Assembly (NCBI GenBank): GCA_963720375.1
Contig: CAVRFM010000015.1
Coordinates: 39,988 to 103,987 of the forward strand
DNA: 64,000 nucleotides
Source: an uncultured Chloroflexia bacterium
GTDB taxonomy: Bacteria; Chloroflexota; Dehalococcoidia; UBA2247; RBG-13-53-26
Direction of reading: 5' to 3'
Positions 10,605 through 20,855 of the stretch are shown piece by piece (positions within the stretch are counted from its first letter, which is position 1; each line of letters begins with the position of its first letter). Below the pieces are notes generated by a model. That model was given only the letters and a program-made list of their open reading frames with translations, did not search any database and had not been told where the DNA came from. Made by a program: the position numbers and the translations under genes.

Positions 10605-11089
10605 AAGCCTTGCTCTTCTTCAGGCTCAATTTTATATAGCTTATCCGGGCTCTCCAGATGGTCGATATACAGCACACCATTGAGGTGGTCTAATTCATGT
10701 TCCAGAACCTGGGCCAGGAGCTCTGTACCCCTTATGCGAGTCTCTTTCCCACTGCGATCGCGTGCCTTGACTATCACTGAAACTGAGCGTTTAATCTCCC
10801 CCCTGTATCCCGGTATGCTGAGGCAGCCTTCCTCTACAACGCGCTCCCCTGATCTCTTGACGATCTCCGGATTAACCAGCACGATGGGCTCTTCCTCAGG
10901 GAGTCCGATCACAGCTATTCGGAGAGAAATGCCAACTTGTGGAGCAGCCAATCCCGCACCACAGGCGGCCGGCATAGTCTCCAGCATATCGTCAATCAGC
11001 CTCTGTACTGACCCATCGAGGTTGCTTACTCGCTTGGCTTTCCGTCGCAGCACCGGGTCAGGAGCAAAACGGAGTGGCAAAACCGCCAT
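10601..11089 (-). CDS. def: Peptide deformylase
   Basis: EGCLSIPG and HELDHLNG metal-binding motifs. Confidence 0.93.
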   Translation of the reverse strand: MAVLPLRFAPDPVLRRKAKRVSNLDGSVQRLIDDMLETMPAACGAGLAAPQVGISLRIAVIGLPEEEPIVLVNPEIVKRSGERVVEEGCLSIPGYRGEIKRSVSVIVKARDRSGKETRIRGTELLAQVLEHELDHLNGVLYIDHLESPDKLYKIEPEEEQGL

Positions 11090-11215
11090 CCTGAAGCCTC
11101 CTGGGAATGTATAGTCTCACAAGAAGAATTATAGGTTCGTGCGATCGAACCCGCAAATCTACGGACTGGCTAGAATGATATCTGAGAGATGGCTTCTGGC
11201 AAGACCTGGCTGGTC

Positions 11216-11575
11216 CTACCAGTTCTTAATGATCTTATCTTCAGCATCCTTGGCATATCCTGATACCGCATAAATGAAGTCGACCAGCGCCCAGATCCAC
11301 ACAGGTATGAGAAGAATCAATCCCAGGCCAAAGATCCATATGGTGGCCCACCCCACGATATCCATTACAAGCATTACAACTGCCGTGCTGATCTTGCCCG
11401 TATAGAACCGATGTGCACCGAATTGCCCCAGGAACACGGCAAACAGAGTAGTAGCCAACCTCGATTTCGGTGATACGCCTTCCATCGACTCTGCCGCCAG
11501 CCTTGTACCGCAATTGGAGCAGAATGCCGGATTATCCGTTATCTCTTTCCCGCAGTTCCTGCAAAACATCGTCAC
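11216..11575 (-). CDS. Zinc-ribbon / TM2-domain membrane protein
   Basis: N-terminal CxxC...CxxC ribbon followed by a two-helix TM2-like segment. Confidence 0.6.
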   Translation of the reverse strand: MTMFCRNCGKEITDNPAFCSNCGTRLAAESMEGVSPKSRLATTLFAVFLGQFGAHRFYTGKISTAVVMLVMDIVGWATIWIFGLGLILLIPVWIWALVDFIYAVSGYAKDAEDKIIKNW

Positions 11576-11620
11576 CCTCCCTTGTAAATCACTTGCACTC
11601 GCACAGGATACAAGAGGTCA

Positions 11621-14053
11621 TCATAACAGGCCAATCGGGTCGACGTCCACTGCCCAGTCTCGTGGCAAAGGCAGGCCGTCCAGGAGACGGGTGGGGTCAG
11701 CGCCCCGCAATATGATCTGCCACCGGTATCGACCTCGTATTCTTCCAAAGAACATCGGGGAAGGACCGATCAGGTCTACATCTATGCCCTCAGATTTCCT
11801 CTTTGCCATCAGTCGCTGATGCATTCTTTCCGCCCCTTGACGGCACGCTTCAGCATTAGTATGCGTATAAACAAGAGAAACCAACCGACTGAAAGGAGGA
11901 TTCTTATACTGTCGCCGATAGCCGATCTCCTGACGGTAGAAGGAGGCATAATCATGCTTTGCGCCACTGGTAATGGCATAGTGCTCCGGAGTATATGTCT
12001 GCACCACAACCCGCCCCGGACTGGAACCACGTCCGGCCCTCCCCGCCACCTGGCTCAGAAGTTGAAAGGTGCGCTCACAGGAGCGAATATCAGGAAAATG
12101 AAGCGCCGTGTCAGCCGAGATTACCCCCACCAGGGTTACCAGGGGCAGGTCCAGCCCCTTGGCAATCATCTGCGTCCCGATAAGGATGTCTGCCTGATGA
12201 GAGAGGAACTTGCTCAGGATCCTCTCGTGTGCGTCTTTCCCTCCGGTGGCGTCCCGGTCCCAGCGTAGTAACCTTGCCTCAGGGAAGGCTTGGGCTATCT
12301 CCTCTGCCACCCTCTGGGTTCCAATACCCAGGAATCTGATCCGCCTGCTTGAGCACTCAGGGCAGACCGTGGGAACCGGCTTTCTGTAGTTGCACTGGTG
12401 ACAGACCAGTGTCTCCTCCTCAGCATGATACGTCAGTGCTAAGTCGCAGCGATGGCACTTCATTACAAAACCGCAATTCCGGCACTGGACAAAAGTGGCA
12501 GTGCCCCGCCGATTGAGGAAGAGGATAACCTGCTCTTCCGCAGACAAAGTCTCGGCTACGGACCTACTCAACAATCGACTGAAGATGCTCCGGTTTCCTG
12601 CCTTAAGCTCCTCACGCATATCCACCAGCTTCACCTCAGGGAGAGGTGACTCCCCCCTCGAGGTGATCCGCTGAGGGAGTCGCAGCAATCTGTACCTGCC
12701 TGTCTGAGCGCGATGGTAACTTTCGACATCGGGGGTAGCACTGCCAAGGATGGTCACCGCACCACTGAGTTCCGCCAGCTTGAGAGCCACTTCCCGGGCA
12801 TGGTAGCGGGGCGATTGCTCGTGCTGCTTGTAATTCCACTCATGTTCCTCATCGATAATAATGAGCCCCAGATCCGGCTGAGGGGCAAAGATCGCCCCGC
12901 GAGGACCGATGACTACATCGAAAGCTCCTTCCTTTATCCTTTGCCACTCATCAAACTGCTCCCCCAGAGACAGTTTGCTGTGGAGAACAGCCACTCGATG
13001 GGGGAAGCGAGAGGCAAAACGCTCGATCGTCTGCGGCGTAAGAGATATCTCCGGCACTAGGACAATAGCGCGCTTGCCCAGAGCCACGGCTTCTGCCAGA
13101 GCTTGCATATAGACCTCTGTCTTGCCACTGCCGGTGACTCCATGAAGAAGAAACACCGCCGGGCTGCTCCCCCCTGGCTGCCTCAAACTGATACGAATCT
13201 GATCTAAAGCTGCCTCCTGTGCCGCAGTAAGGGGAGGGGGGGCACTGGGAGAGAAGCTGCGATCCAAAAGGGGATCACGCCACACCTGGACACCCTCTAT
13301 GGAAATCAACCCTTTACCCTGCAATGCCTTGGCTATGGCAGGGGTACAATGAGCCGCCTCCCTGACTTCTGCGAGAGAAACGGGCTTCCGTCTGCTTGCG
13401 AGGAACTCGAGCAGTGCCGCTTGCTTCGGGGCTCTAGCAACCAGGTGCCTCGCCTCCTGTCTCGCTGCCTCAACATCAACTCCCAGGTGTAAATAAGGTA
13501 GAACCCTGGGCTTTACCCTCACCCCTTCCAGTTCCTGGCTCCTGGTCACCAATCCCTTGCTGAGGAGCTGCCCCAAGGCCAAATCGGCCTTCTTCTTACC
13601 CAGAACCCTCTCCAACACTCCCAGAGCTACCTTTTCTCCTCTCCCCAGGAGGTTCAGCACTTGCCTTTCTTCAGGGGTCAGTGAAGCAGAAGCCACCGAA
13701 GAATACTCGGGAGATAAATGGAAGTAAGTGACCAGCCTTCGCTCAAACCCCGGTGGCAGCATCAGAGCAACGGCATCGAAAAGAGGGGCTAGATAATACT
13801 CGCTTATCCAGCGAGCCAGTTCAATCTGAACGGGTGAGAGGAGGGGGTGGGGATCTATAACACCAACTACCTCTCTCGTTTCCTCAACCCCAGGGTAGTC
13901 GGTCAGTTGTAAGACGATACCTTGAAGCACCTTGGAACCGAAGGGGACCCAAAGCGCTTGTCCGACAGCGAGATCAACAGAGGGCGGGATGCTGTAACTG
14001 AAGGTTCGACGCTGAGCTATCGGCGAGTTAACGGCAACTTCGGCATAGCCCAT
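11621..14053 (-). CDS. priA: Primosomal protein N' (replication restart helicase PriA)
   Basis: 810 aa with Walker A GVTGSGKTEVY, DEAH-type helicase and the PriA cysteine-rich zinc-binding region (CRNCGF...CHRCD...CHQC...CPEC). Confidence 0.92.
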   Translation of the reverse strand: MGYAEVAVNSPIAQRRTFSYSIPPSVDLAVGQALWVPFGSKVLQGIVLQLTDYPGVEETREVVGVIDPHPLLSPVQIELARWISEYYLAPLFDAVALMLPPGFERRLVTYFHLSPEYSSVASASLTPEERQVLNLLGRGEKVALGVLERVLGKKKADLALGQLLSKGLVTRSQELEGVRVKPRVLPYLHLGVDVEAARQEARHLVARAPKQAALLEFLASRRKPVSLAEVREAAHCTPAIAKALQGKGLISIEGVQVWRDPLLDRSFSPSAPPPLTAAQEAALDQIRISLRQPGGSSPAVFLLHGVTGSGKTEVYMQALAEAVALGKRAIVLVPEISLTPQTIERFASRFPHRVAVLHSKLSLGEQFDEWQRIKEGAFDVVIGPRGAIFAPQPDLGLIIIDEEHEWNYKQHEQSPRYHAREVALKLAELSGAVTILGSATPDVESYHRAQTGRYRLLRLPQRITSRGESPLPEVKLVDMREELKAGNRSIFSRLLSRSVAETLSAEEQVILFLNRRGTATFVQCRNCGFVMKCHRCDLALTYHAEEETLVCHQCNYRKPVPTVCPECSSRRIRFLGIGTQRVAEEIAQAFPEARLLRWDRDATGGKDAHERILSKFLSHQADILIGTQMIAKGLDLPLVTLVGVISADTALHFPDIRSCERTFQLLSQVAGRAGRGSSPGRVVVQTYTPEHYAITSGAKHDYASFYRQEIGYRRQYKNPPFSRLVSLVYTHTNAEACRQGAERMHQRLMAKRKSEGIDVDLIGPSPMFFGRIRGRYRWQIILRGADPTRLLDGLPLPRDWAVDVDPIGLL

Positions 14054-14074
14054 GTCTCCCTTCCCATTCTCGTA

Positions 14075-14515
14075 TTATTCCTTCGGTTCCGGCTGCTCTT
14101 CCGGCTGTTGTTCCACAATAAGCTCTTGTTCCTCTTGCGCCTCCACTTGCAGCTCCGGCGCTACTTTGGCCTTGGACTTCAACTTGGCGCGAGTGGCCTT
14201 GCTGCTAAGCCCACGCAGGTAATAGAGCCTCGCCCGACGCACGTCCCCCTCCTGTATCACTTCTACCTTCTCCACATAGGGGGAATTCAGGAAAAAGGTT
14301 CGCTCCACCCCTATACCATGAGCCACGTGCCTCACTGTAAAGTTGGCACTATTGGCACCCTTCCGCACCCGAATGACCACCCCCTGGAAGACCTGAGTGC
14401 GCTCTTTCTCGCCCTCTTTAGCCTTCACGCTCACCTTCACTCTGTCACCAGGGTGAATCGGAGGAATATTCGGATTGGGTTTAGTCTCGACTAGCCAGCT
14501 AATATTCTTGGTCAA
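14075..14515 (-). CDS. rplS: 50S ribosomal protein L19 with an acidic, low-complexity C-terminal tail
   Basis: PGDRVKV...FQGVVI...FTVR...GVER core. Confidence 0.9.
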   Translation of the reverse strand: MTKNISWLVETKPNPNIPPIHPGDRVKVSVKAKEGEKERTQVFQGVVIRVRKGANSANFTVRHVAHGIGVERTFFLNSPYVEKVEVIQEGDVRRARLYYLRGLSSKATRAKLKSKAKVAPELQVEAQEEQELIVEQQPEEQPEPKE

Positions 14516-15258
14516 TTGAACCCCCTTCTCGCCTTTATTCTGTCCGCCAGCTTCTTCTCCTCTTCAGACAAAACAGCCTTTCTGAAGAGGTCGGGACGAC
14601 GCAGCAATGTGCGTTCGATAGCCTGCTCGCATCGCCATCTGGCAATCTCCTGATGATCTCCTGAAAGCAACACCGGCGGTATTTCCCATCCCCTATATAC
14701 ACGCGGCCGGGTATACTGCGGATATTCCAGAAAACCCCTGGCATAAGAATCATCCTCTACCGCTTGTTCCGACCCCAGTGCGCCAGGTAGCAACCTGACT
14801 ACAGCATCTACCACCACCATAGCCGCCAGTTCTCCACCAGTGATCACATATTCCCCAATACTGATCTCATCCGTAACCAGATACTGCCTTACCCTCTCAT
14901 CTACTCCCTCGTAATGCCCGCAAATGAGAATCAGGTTTCTTTGCTTTGACAACTCCTGAGCAATCTGATGACAGAAGAGCCGCCCCTGCGGTGTAAGCAG
15001 GATGACCGGAACAGAGCTATCATTTATCATTCCCTTAATCGACTCTACGGCCTCAAAAAGAGGCTCAGGCTTCAGTACCATTCCTCCTCCGCCACCATAG
15101 GGACAATCATCTACTGTGTGATGCTTATCATGCGCATAATCCCGGAAATTGTGAATAGATATGTTCACCAAGCCATTATCAACCGCCCTCTTCACAATGC
15201 TCTCGCCAAAAGGGCCATCAAACATCTTTGGAAACAGGCTGACTATATCAATGCGCAT
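14512..15258 (-). CDS. trmD: tRNA (guanine37-N1)-methyltransferase TrmD (start taken at MRIDIV)
   Basis: TrmD SPOUT-fold motifs. Gene order trmD-rplS. Confidence 0.9.
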   Translation of the reverse strand: MRIDIVSLFPKMFDGPFGESIVKRAVDNGLVNISIHNFRDYAHDKHHTVDDCPYGGGGGMVLKPEPLFEAVESIKGMINDSSVPVILLTPQGRLFCHQIAQELSKQRNLILICGHYEGVDERVRQYLVTDEISIGEYVITGGELAAMVVVDAVVRLLPGALGSEQAVEDDSYARGFLEYPQYTRPRVYRGWEIPPVLLSGDHQEIARWRCEQAIERTLLRRPDLFRKAVLSEEEKKLADRIKARRGFN

Positions 15259-15272
15259 GCTGTCCCGTCCGC

Positions 15273-15761
15273 CTACCTCTGGGCACACTCGGCCGCTTGC
15301 CCTCTAACGGTCTCTACAGCATGAGGGAGGGCAGGCAATATTGCTTCAAGACATTCCTTTACCGCTTTAGGACTGCCGGGCAAATTGATAATCAGGGTCT
15401 TCTTGCGAATACCGGCTACAGCCCGGCTCAGCATGGCCCGAGGGGTCAACTTGAGGCTCTGTGCCCGCATTGCCTCGGTAAAACCAGGGGCAACCCTGTC
15501 CAGTATGTCAAGCGTAGCTTCCGGGGTCACATCCCTGGGGGCTAATCCGGTCCCCCCGGTAGTGAGAATAAGATCCAGGCCCTCATCGGCCCACTCCTTG
15601 AGCTTATCCGAAATAGCCTCCCTTTCGTCAGGCACAATGCTATACTTCGTCCGCTGTATCCCAAGGGAGGCCAGGCATTCCTGAATCACTTTGCCGCTCT
15701 CATCTACACGCTCTCCCCTCGATCCCTTGTCACTCACAGTGAGAACGCCTGCAGTAAACAT
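15273..15761 (-). CDS. mog: Molybdopterin adenylyltransferase MogA/MoaB family
   Basis: GVLTVSDK...TTGGTG...motifs of the MoCF_biosynth family. Confidence 0.8.
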   Translation of the reverse strand: MFTAGVLTVSDKGSRGERVDESGKVIQECLASLGIQRTKYSIVPDEREAISDKLKEWADEGLDLILTTGGTGLAPRDVTPEATLDILDRVAPGFTEAMRAQSLKLTPRAMLSRAVAGIRKKTLIINLPGSPKAVKECLEAILPALPHAVETVRGQAAECAQR

Positions 15762-15886
15762 AAAATCCTCATCGTAATGATACCATAGCAGGTTCATATT
15801 GCAAAGATTTGCATCGTAAAAGTATCCTATGCTATCTTGGGCGGTAGTTCAGGACCTGAAAAGGATAGACAAGGCTTTAGCTGCGA

Positions 15887-17314
15887 TTGGAGGGAGAAGT
15901 GCCAAGAAAATATGACGTCATTATCGTCGGTGGTGGGCCAGCGGGTATATTTGCCGCCCTTGAGCTATCCCAGGCAGCAGGGATTAAAACCCTCCTCCTG
16001 GAGAAGGGCAAGGACCTGGAAAACCGTAATTGCCTTGTATCGGACAAGAACGACAAGAACGTTAAATGCCTCTCCTGCGCTCCCTGCAACCTGGTAAGCG
16101 GTCTGGGAGGAGCAGGTGCCTTCAGCGATGGCAAAATGACCCTCTCCCCACACGTCGGGGGGCACCTGAAGGAATACCTCGGGGAGGAAAAGGCGTTTGA
16201 ACTCATCCGCTATGTAGATGAGATCTACCTCCGGTTTGGGGCAACGAACAGACTCTACGGCGTGGGTGAGAAGGTAGAGCAACTGTCCCGGAAAGCGATT
16301 CTGGCTGAGTTGCACCTTATTCCGGTAGCCATCCGCCATCTTGGCACGGAACATTGCCGTGAGATTCTCAGGTCAATGCACGACTTTCTTTCCAGCCGGG
16401 TAGACATCGAAGTAGAGAAGGCAGCATCCATCATCCTGGCAGACAACACCGGTGTAAAAGGAATCCAGACTGAAGACGGTGAGCAGATGGAGTGTGCTTA
16501 TCTGATCCTCGCTCCAGGCAGAGAGGGTGCCGACTGGTTGGTTCAGGAAGCCAATCGATTGAAGCTCACCCTGTATAACAACCCCGTTGACGTGGGCGTC
16601 AGGGTGGAGTTACCCAGTGCTGTGCTGGAGGAGTTGACCGATACATTATATGAGCCAAAGCTGGAGTTCTTCACCAATACCTTTGATGATCGCGTGAGGA
16701 CCTTCTGCATGTGCCCCGGCGGAGAGGTGACTCTGGAGTCTACAGGCGGAAGTGATCCCGTGGTCACCGTAAATGGACATAGTTACGCTCACCGCAAGAC
16801 GAGTAACACCAATTTTGCTCTTCTAGTCAGCACCGCCTTCACTCATCCATTCCGAGAACCTATAGCCTACGGTAAATACCTCGCCCGTCTGGCCAATATC
16901 CTCGGTGATGGTGTACTCGTGCAGCGACTTGGAGACCTTCAGGAAGGACGCAGGTCTACCCCGGAGCGCTTAGAGCGGAGCATTGTCCAACCTACCCTGA
17001 AGAACGCGACACCGGGTGACCTCAGCTTCGTCCTCCCTTACCGCCATCTCAAAGGCATTGTAGAGATGCTGCAGGCCATGGATAAACTCTGCCCCGGGGT
17101 TGCCTCACGCCATACCCTCCTTTATGGAGTCGAGGTCAAATTTTACTCTTGCCGACTTCAGATCAGCCAGAATATGGAGACTGAGATACCCGGCGTGTTT
17201 GCTATCGGGGATGGGGCCGGAGTCAGCCGCGGACTGGTTCAAGCCTCGGCTTCCGGCGTCATAGCCGCCCGTGAGATACTGAGAAAGATCGGATCTCCTA
17301 TAGCCACACACTAG
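15887..17314 (+). CDS. Uncharacterised FAD-dependent dehydrogenase (COG2509-like)
   Basis: N-terminal VIIVGGGPAGIFAA Rossmann dinucleotide motif and a C-terminal GDGAG motif. Confidence 0.7.
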   Translation: MEGEVPRKYDVIIVGGGPAGIFAALELSQAAGIKTLLLEKGKDLENRNCLVSDKNDKNVKCLSCAPCNLVSGLGGAGAFSDGKMTLSPHVGGHLKEYLGEEKAFELIRYVDEIYLRFGATNRLYGVGEKVEQLSRKAILAELHLIPVAIRHLGTEHCREILRSMHDFLSSRVDIEVEKAASIILADNTGVKGIQTEDGEQMECAYLILAPGREGADWLVQEANRLKLTLYNNPVDVGVRVELPSAVLEELTDTLYEPKLEFFTNTFDDRVRTFCMCPGGEVTLESTGGSDPVVTVNGHSYAHRKTSNTNFALLVSTAFTHPFREPIAYGKYLARLANILGDGVLVQRLGDLQEGRRSTPERLERSIVQPTLKNATPGDLSFVLPYRHLKGIVEMLQAMDKLCPGVASRHTLLYGVEVKFYSCRLQISQNMETEIPGVFAIGDGAGVSRGLVQASASGVIAAREILRKIGSPIATH

Positions 17315-17607
17315 CCTCCCATGATTGGAGGCGATTTTATCCCTCCCTACATAGCCAACTTCAACCACGACCTCTGTGATGCGGCAATCGCCGCAATCTG
17401 CACAGCCTATCTGCACGACCGGAATGAAACAGAGCAAATAAGCAACCCTCTTTTCAACTAATGAGACTGTTTAGCAACTGGGGAGTGCAGAGGGGCTTCT
17501 GCCCCTTTGCTGGGGGATTGGGAGTATCCTCCACCTTTAAATGTCCCCCAAGACTGGGGGACAACAGGGGGCTGAAGGAGTTGATAAACGACCTCAGCTA
17601 GTCTTAG

Positions 17608-17636
17608 TTGACGCTTTCTGTCCTAGAATATACAAT
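17608..17636 (+). promoter_or_regulatory. Near-consensus sigma-70-type promoter for rpsU (TTGACG-17 nt-TACAAT)
   Basis: -35 at 17608-17613, -10 at 17631-17636, about 65 nt upstream of the rpsU GTG start. Confidence 0.5.
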
Positions 17637-17700
17637 ACATTACACTAAAAACAATAAAGGCAAAGCAAAATCAAATCCTGACCGGGAGGGGGGATGATAT

Positions 17701-17907
17701 GTGGCCGACGTAAACATCGGTGATAATGAGAGCTTCGAGAGCATGCTGCGCAGGTTCAATAGAAGAGTGCAGCAGGATGGTATCCTCGCTGAGATCAGAC
17801 GCCGAGGATCCTACGAGAAGCCCAGCGTAAAGCGCAAGAAAAAAGAGGCTACCAAGAAACGCAAGAGCGGCAGAGGCCCAAGGACCTTCGTTCCACGAGA
17901 ACAGTAA
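17701..17907 (+). CDS. rpsU: 30S ribosomal protein S21 (GTG start)
   Basis: Typical S21 sequence with a basic C-terminus. A GGGAGGGGGG ribosome-binding site lies upstream. Confidence 0.88.
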   Translation: MADVNIGDNESFESMLRRFNRRVQQDGILAEIRRRGSYEKPSVKRKKKEATKKRKSGRGPRTFVPREQ

Positions 17908-17916
17908 GAGGGTAAA

Positions 17917-18372
17917 GTGTCTTTACTACAACGGTTGAGAGATGACCTCAACCATACCCTGAAAGCAGGCGATAAAGCCCGTCTTTCAGTTCTTCGTTTG
18001 TTGATAGCAAACATTAACAACGCTCAGATCGCCAAAGGCAAAGATACCCCCATGGATGATGGCGACGTTCTAGCCGTCATTAACAAACAGGCGAAACAAC
18101 ATCGGGAAAGCATAGATGCCTTTCGCAAGGGAAACCGTGGTGACCTGGTCGCTAAAGAGGAGCGTGAGCTTGCCGTTCTGCTGGAATATCTGCCTCAACA
18201 GATGTCCAGAGAGGAAATCCTGGTTGCCGCTCGCCAGGTGATCAAAGAGGTGGGGGCACAGGGCCCCGGTGACAAAGGCAAGGTGATGTCGAAGCTTATG
18301 GCTCAACTCAAGGGAAAGGCACCGGGCGCTGAAGTAGGTAACATAGTATCGGAGCTGCTAGCTGGTTCATGA
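17917..18372 (+). CDS. yqeY: GatB/YqeY-domain protein
   Basis: YqeY-family sequence, located directly after rpsU as in many bacteria. Confidence 0.8.
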   Translation: MSLLQRLRDDLNHTLKAGDKARLSVLRLLIANINNAQIAKGKDTPMDDGDVLAVINKQAKQHRESIDAFRKGNRGDLVAKEERELAVLLEYLPQQMSREEILVAARQVIKEVGAQGPGDKGKVMSKLMAQLKGKAPGAEVGNIVSELLAGS

Positions 18373-18485
18373 AGCATCAGACTGTAGAATAGCTCCTTAC
18401 TTATGAAATCACTCAACCTGAAGTTGAAGCACTCTTGCGAGAATAGCCCGTGTATCCCCCCTATTGAGCTGGCGGAAGTAATACG

Positions 18486-19190
18486 TTGAAATTCGGCGTA
18501 ATTGTGTTCCCCGGCACCTGGAGCGATACGGACTGCTACTATGTCATTGACAAGATCCTTGCTCAGCCAGTGAACTATATCTGGCACCGGGATATAGATC
18601 TCTCCGGCTACGACTGCGTTCTCCTCCCCGGTGGCTTTTCCTATGGCGACTACCTCCGCCCTGGCGCTATTGCCCGCTTCTCACCTATAATGGCCGAAGT
18701 GGAGCGTTTCGCCAGCCGCGGCGGCCTTGTCTTCGGCATCTGCAATGGCTTCCAGATTCTCTGCGAGTCAGGGCTGCTCCCCGGCTGCCTTATGACCAAC
18801 AACCACCTCCAATATAGATGTCAGCCAGTTTACCTGAGGGTGGAAAACACCTCCTTACCCTTCACCTCACAATGCAGGAAGGGCCAGGTACTTCGCATCC
18901 CAATTTCACACTACGACGGGAATTACTACGCCGATGAAGCCACTCTACAGGAGTTGGAGACGAATAAACAGATCGCCTTCCGTTACTCCAGCCCGAAAGG
19001 CGAGATAACCCGGGAGGCAAACCCCAACGGCTCTCTGCATAACATCGCCGGTATCACCAATAAGGAAGGCAATGTGCTTGGGATGATGCCTCACCCCGAG
19101 CGTTCTTGCGAAGAGATAATCGGCGGAGTGGATGGGAATTTTATCTTCAAGTCTCTGGTAACAAATTGGCAAAGGCGAGCGAGGGTCTAG
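18486..19190 (+). CDS. purQ: Phosphoribosylformylglycinamidine synthase glutaminase subunit PurQ (TTG start)
   Basis: GICNGFQIL catalytic-Cys motif and class-I glutamine amidotransferase His/Glu region. Confidence 0.9.
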   Translation: MKFGVIVFPGTWSDTDCYYVIDKILAQPVNYIWHRDIDLSGYDCVLLPGGFSYGDYLRPGAIARFSPIMAEVERFASRGGLVFGICNGFQILCESGLLPGCLMTNNHLQYRCQPVYLRVENTSLPFTSQCRKGQVLRIPISHYDGNYYADEATLQELETNKQIAFRYSSPKGEITREANPNGSLHNIAGITNKEGNVLGMMPHPERSCEEIIGGVDGNFIFKSLVTNWQRRARV

Positions 19191-19236
19191 CACATTTCAA
19201 CATCATGAGGCAGGACGCCCCGAGAGGATAAGGAGT

Positions 19237-19809
19237 GTGGCAGCAATGGAAATCTCAGAGGTAACGAAGAATACGAAGCTCCTGATCGATGGCGCTCCAT
19301 TCGCTGTAGAGGATGTCAATTTTGTGAAACCCGGGAAAGGCCGCGCCATATATCGCCTTAAGCTCCGCAACCTTTTTGACAGCACTAACAAGGAGTTGAC
19401 CTATCATTCTGGGGAGAAGGTTGAGGAGGTCAGCATTACCAGCCATGATATGCAGTATCTCTATGAGGAAGGCGGACAATTTACCTTCATGGATACTGAG
19501 ACCTTCGAGCAGCACTCTCTGAGTAAAGACCAGGTCGGAACAAGAGCGGCCTTCCTCAAGGAAGGCTTCGTAGTCGCCGCGCTCAGTATGCATGGCAAGA
19601 TTATCGATATAAACCTGCCGAAGTTCGTCGAATTGGCAGTGGTCGAAAGCGCCATTACCACTAAGACGGATACCGTCACCGCTCAGCAGAAGATGGTCGT
19701 TCTGGAAACAGGCGCCACAGTAACGGTACCCCCCTTCGTGAAAGAGGGAGACATCATCAAAGTGGATACCCGAACAGGCACCTATGTGGAACGCACCGGT
19801 AAAAAATAA
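19237..19809 (+). CDS. efp: Elongation factor P
   Basis: VKPGKGRAIYRLKLRNL loop carrying the conserved modifiable Lys. Three OB-fold domains. Confidence 0.93.
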   Translation: MAAMEISEVTKNTKLLIDGAPFAVEDVNFVKPGKGRAIYRLKLRNLFDSTNKELTYHSGEKVEEVSITSHDMQYLYEEGGQFTFMDTETFEQHSLSKDQVGTRAAFLKEGFVVAALSMHGKIIDINLPKFVELAVVESAITTKTDTVTAQQKMVVLETGATVTVPPFVKEGDIIKVDTRTGTYVERTGKK

Positions 19810-19812
19810 GTC

Positions 19813-20742
19813 ATGACTCGGGCGGAATCCCTGCGCCTAATCCAAATCAAGACCAATCTTGAGCGTCGTGCCTTTATTCTCGATGCCATTCGCGCCTTCT
19901 TCAAGAACGAAGGCTTCTTAGAAGTGGAGACACCCCTCCTGGTGCCCACAGTCGCCCCGGAACAATATATCACACCCTTTGCAGTCAATGGCTGGTTCCT
20001 TTCAACGTCGCCGGAGATGCACATGAAGCGCCTGCTTGCCGCTGGTTATGGGAACATCTTTCAGATCTGCCAATGTTTCCGTAAGGGAGAACGTGGCAGA
20101 TTACATAATCCGGAATTCACCATGCTCGAATGGTACCGCCGTAACGCCGAGTACATGCAGATTATCCAGGATACTGAATGCCTGGTACTCTCCATTGCCA
20201 CTAATCTGCATCTGGGCTCAACTATCCACTTCCAGGGCAGAGCCATTGATCTGACTCCGCCGTGGCCCAGCACGACTGTGCGCCAGGCTTTCCTTGATCA
20301 CGCTCGCTGGGATCCCACTTCCAACCCCGACCCGGAGCGGTTTGACATCGACCTGGTCGACAAGGTAATGCCAAACTTTGCGCCTAACCGGCCTACAGTA
20401 CTCCTGGATTATCCTGCTGCCAATGCCTCCATGGCTCGGCTGAAGTCCACAGATCCACTGGTGGCTGAACGGGCCGAGGTGTTTATAGGTGGGCTTGAGA
20501 TAGCTAATGCTTACAGCGAACTCACCAATGCCACCGAACTGGAACAGCGCTTTCATTCAGAGATTGAGCGGCTGGAGCAAGAGGGGAGTCAACACATCCT
20601 TATGCCCCGGCGCTTTCTGAAGGCCGTAGCCGACCTCCCCCCATGCGGAGGCAATGCCCTCGGCGTAGACCGACTGGTCATGCTGTTTTGTGATGCCAAT
20701 TCCATCGACAATGTCATGGCCTTCCCCCGCGAAATGGCGTAG
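19813..20742 (+). CDS. epmA: EF-P lysine lysyltransferase EpmA (GenX/PoxA, truncated class-II LysRS paralogue)
   Basis: 309 aa with class-II aaRS motifs and no anticodon-binding domain, immediately downstream of efp. Confidence 0.85.
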   Translation: MTRAESLRLIQIKTNLERRAFILDAIRAFFKNEGFLEVETPLLVPTVAPEQYITPFAVNGWFLSTSPEMHMKRLLAAGYGNIFQICQCFRKGERGRLHNPEFTMLEWYRRNAEYMQIIQDTECLVLSIATNLHLGSTIHFQGRAIDLTPPWPSTTVRQAFLDHARWDPTSNPDPERFDIDLVDKVMPNFAPNRPTVLLDYPAANASMARLKSTDPLVAERAEVFIGGLEIANAYSELTNATELEQRFHSEIERLEQEGSQHILMPRRFLKAVADLPPCGGNALGVDRLVMLFCDANSIDNVMAFPREMA

Positions 20743-20855
20743 CACCGGGTAAACACAAAGTCAAACGGCATCCCAAGTGCTGCGCACACCACATCACAAG
20801 ATGTCTTCACTTCTAAGAAATGATCAGATAATGGCCAAGGAATGGGGGCTAAAAG

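Noticed and set aside
11819-13112. + strand ORFs inside priA and various short ORFs nested in secD, cca and valS
   Set aside because: They are nested in or antisense to strongly supported genes.
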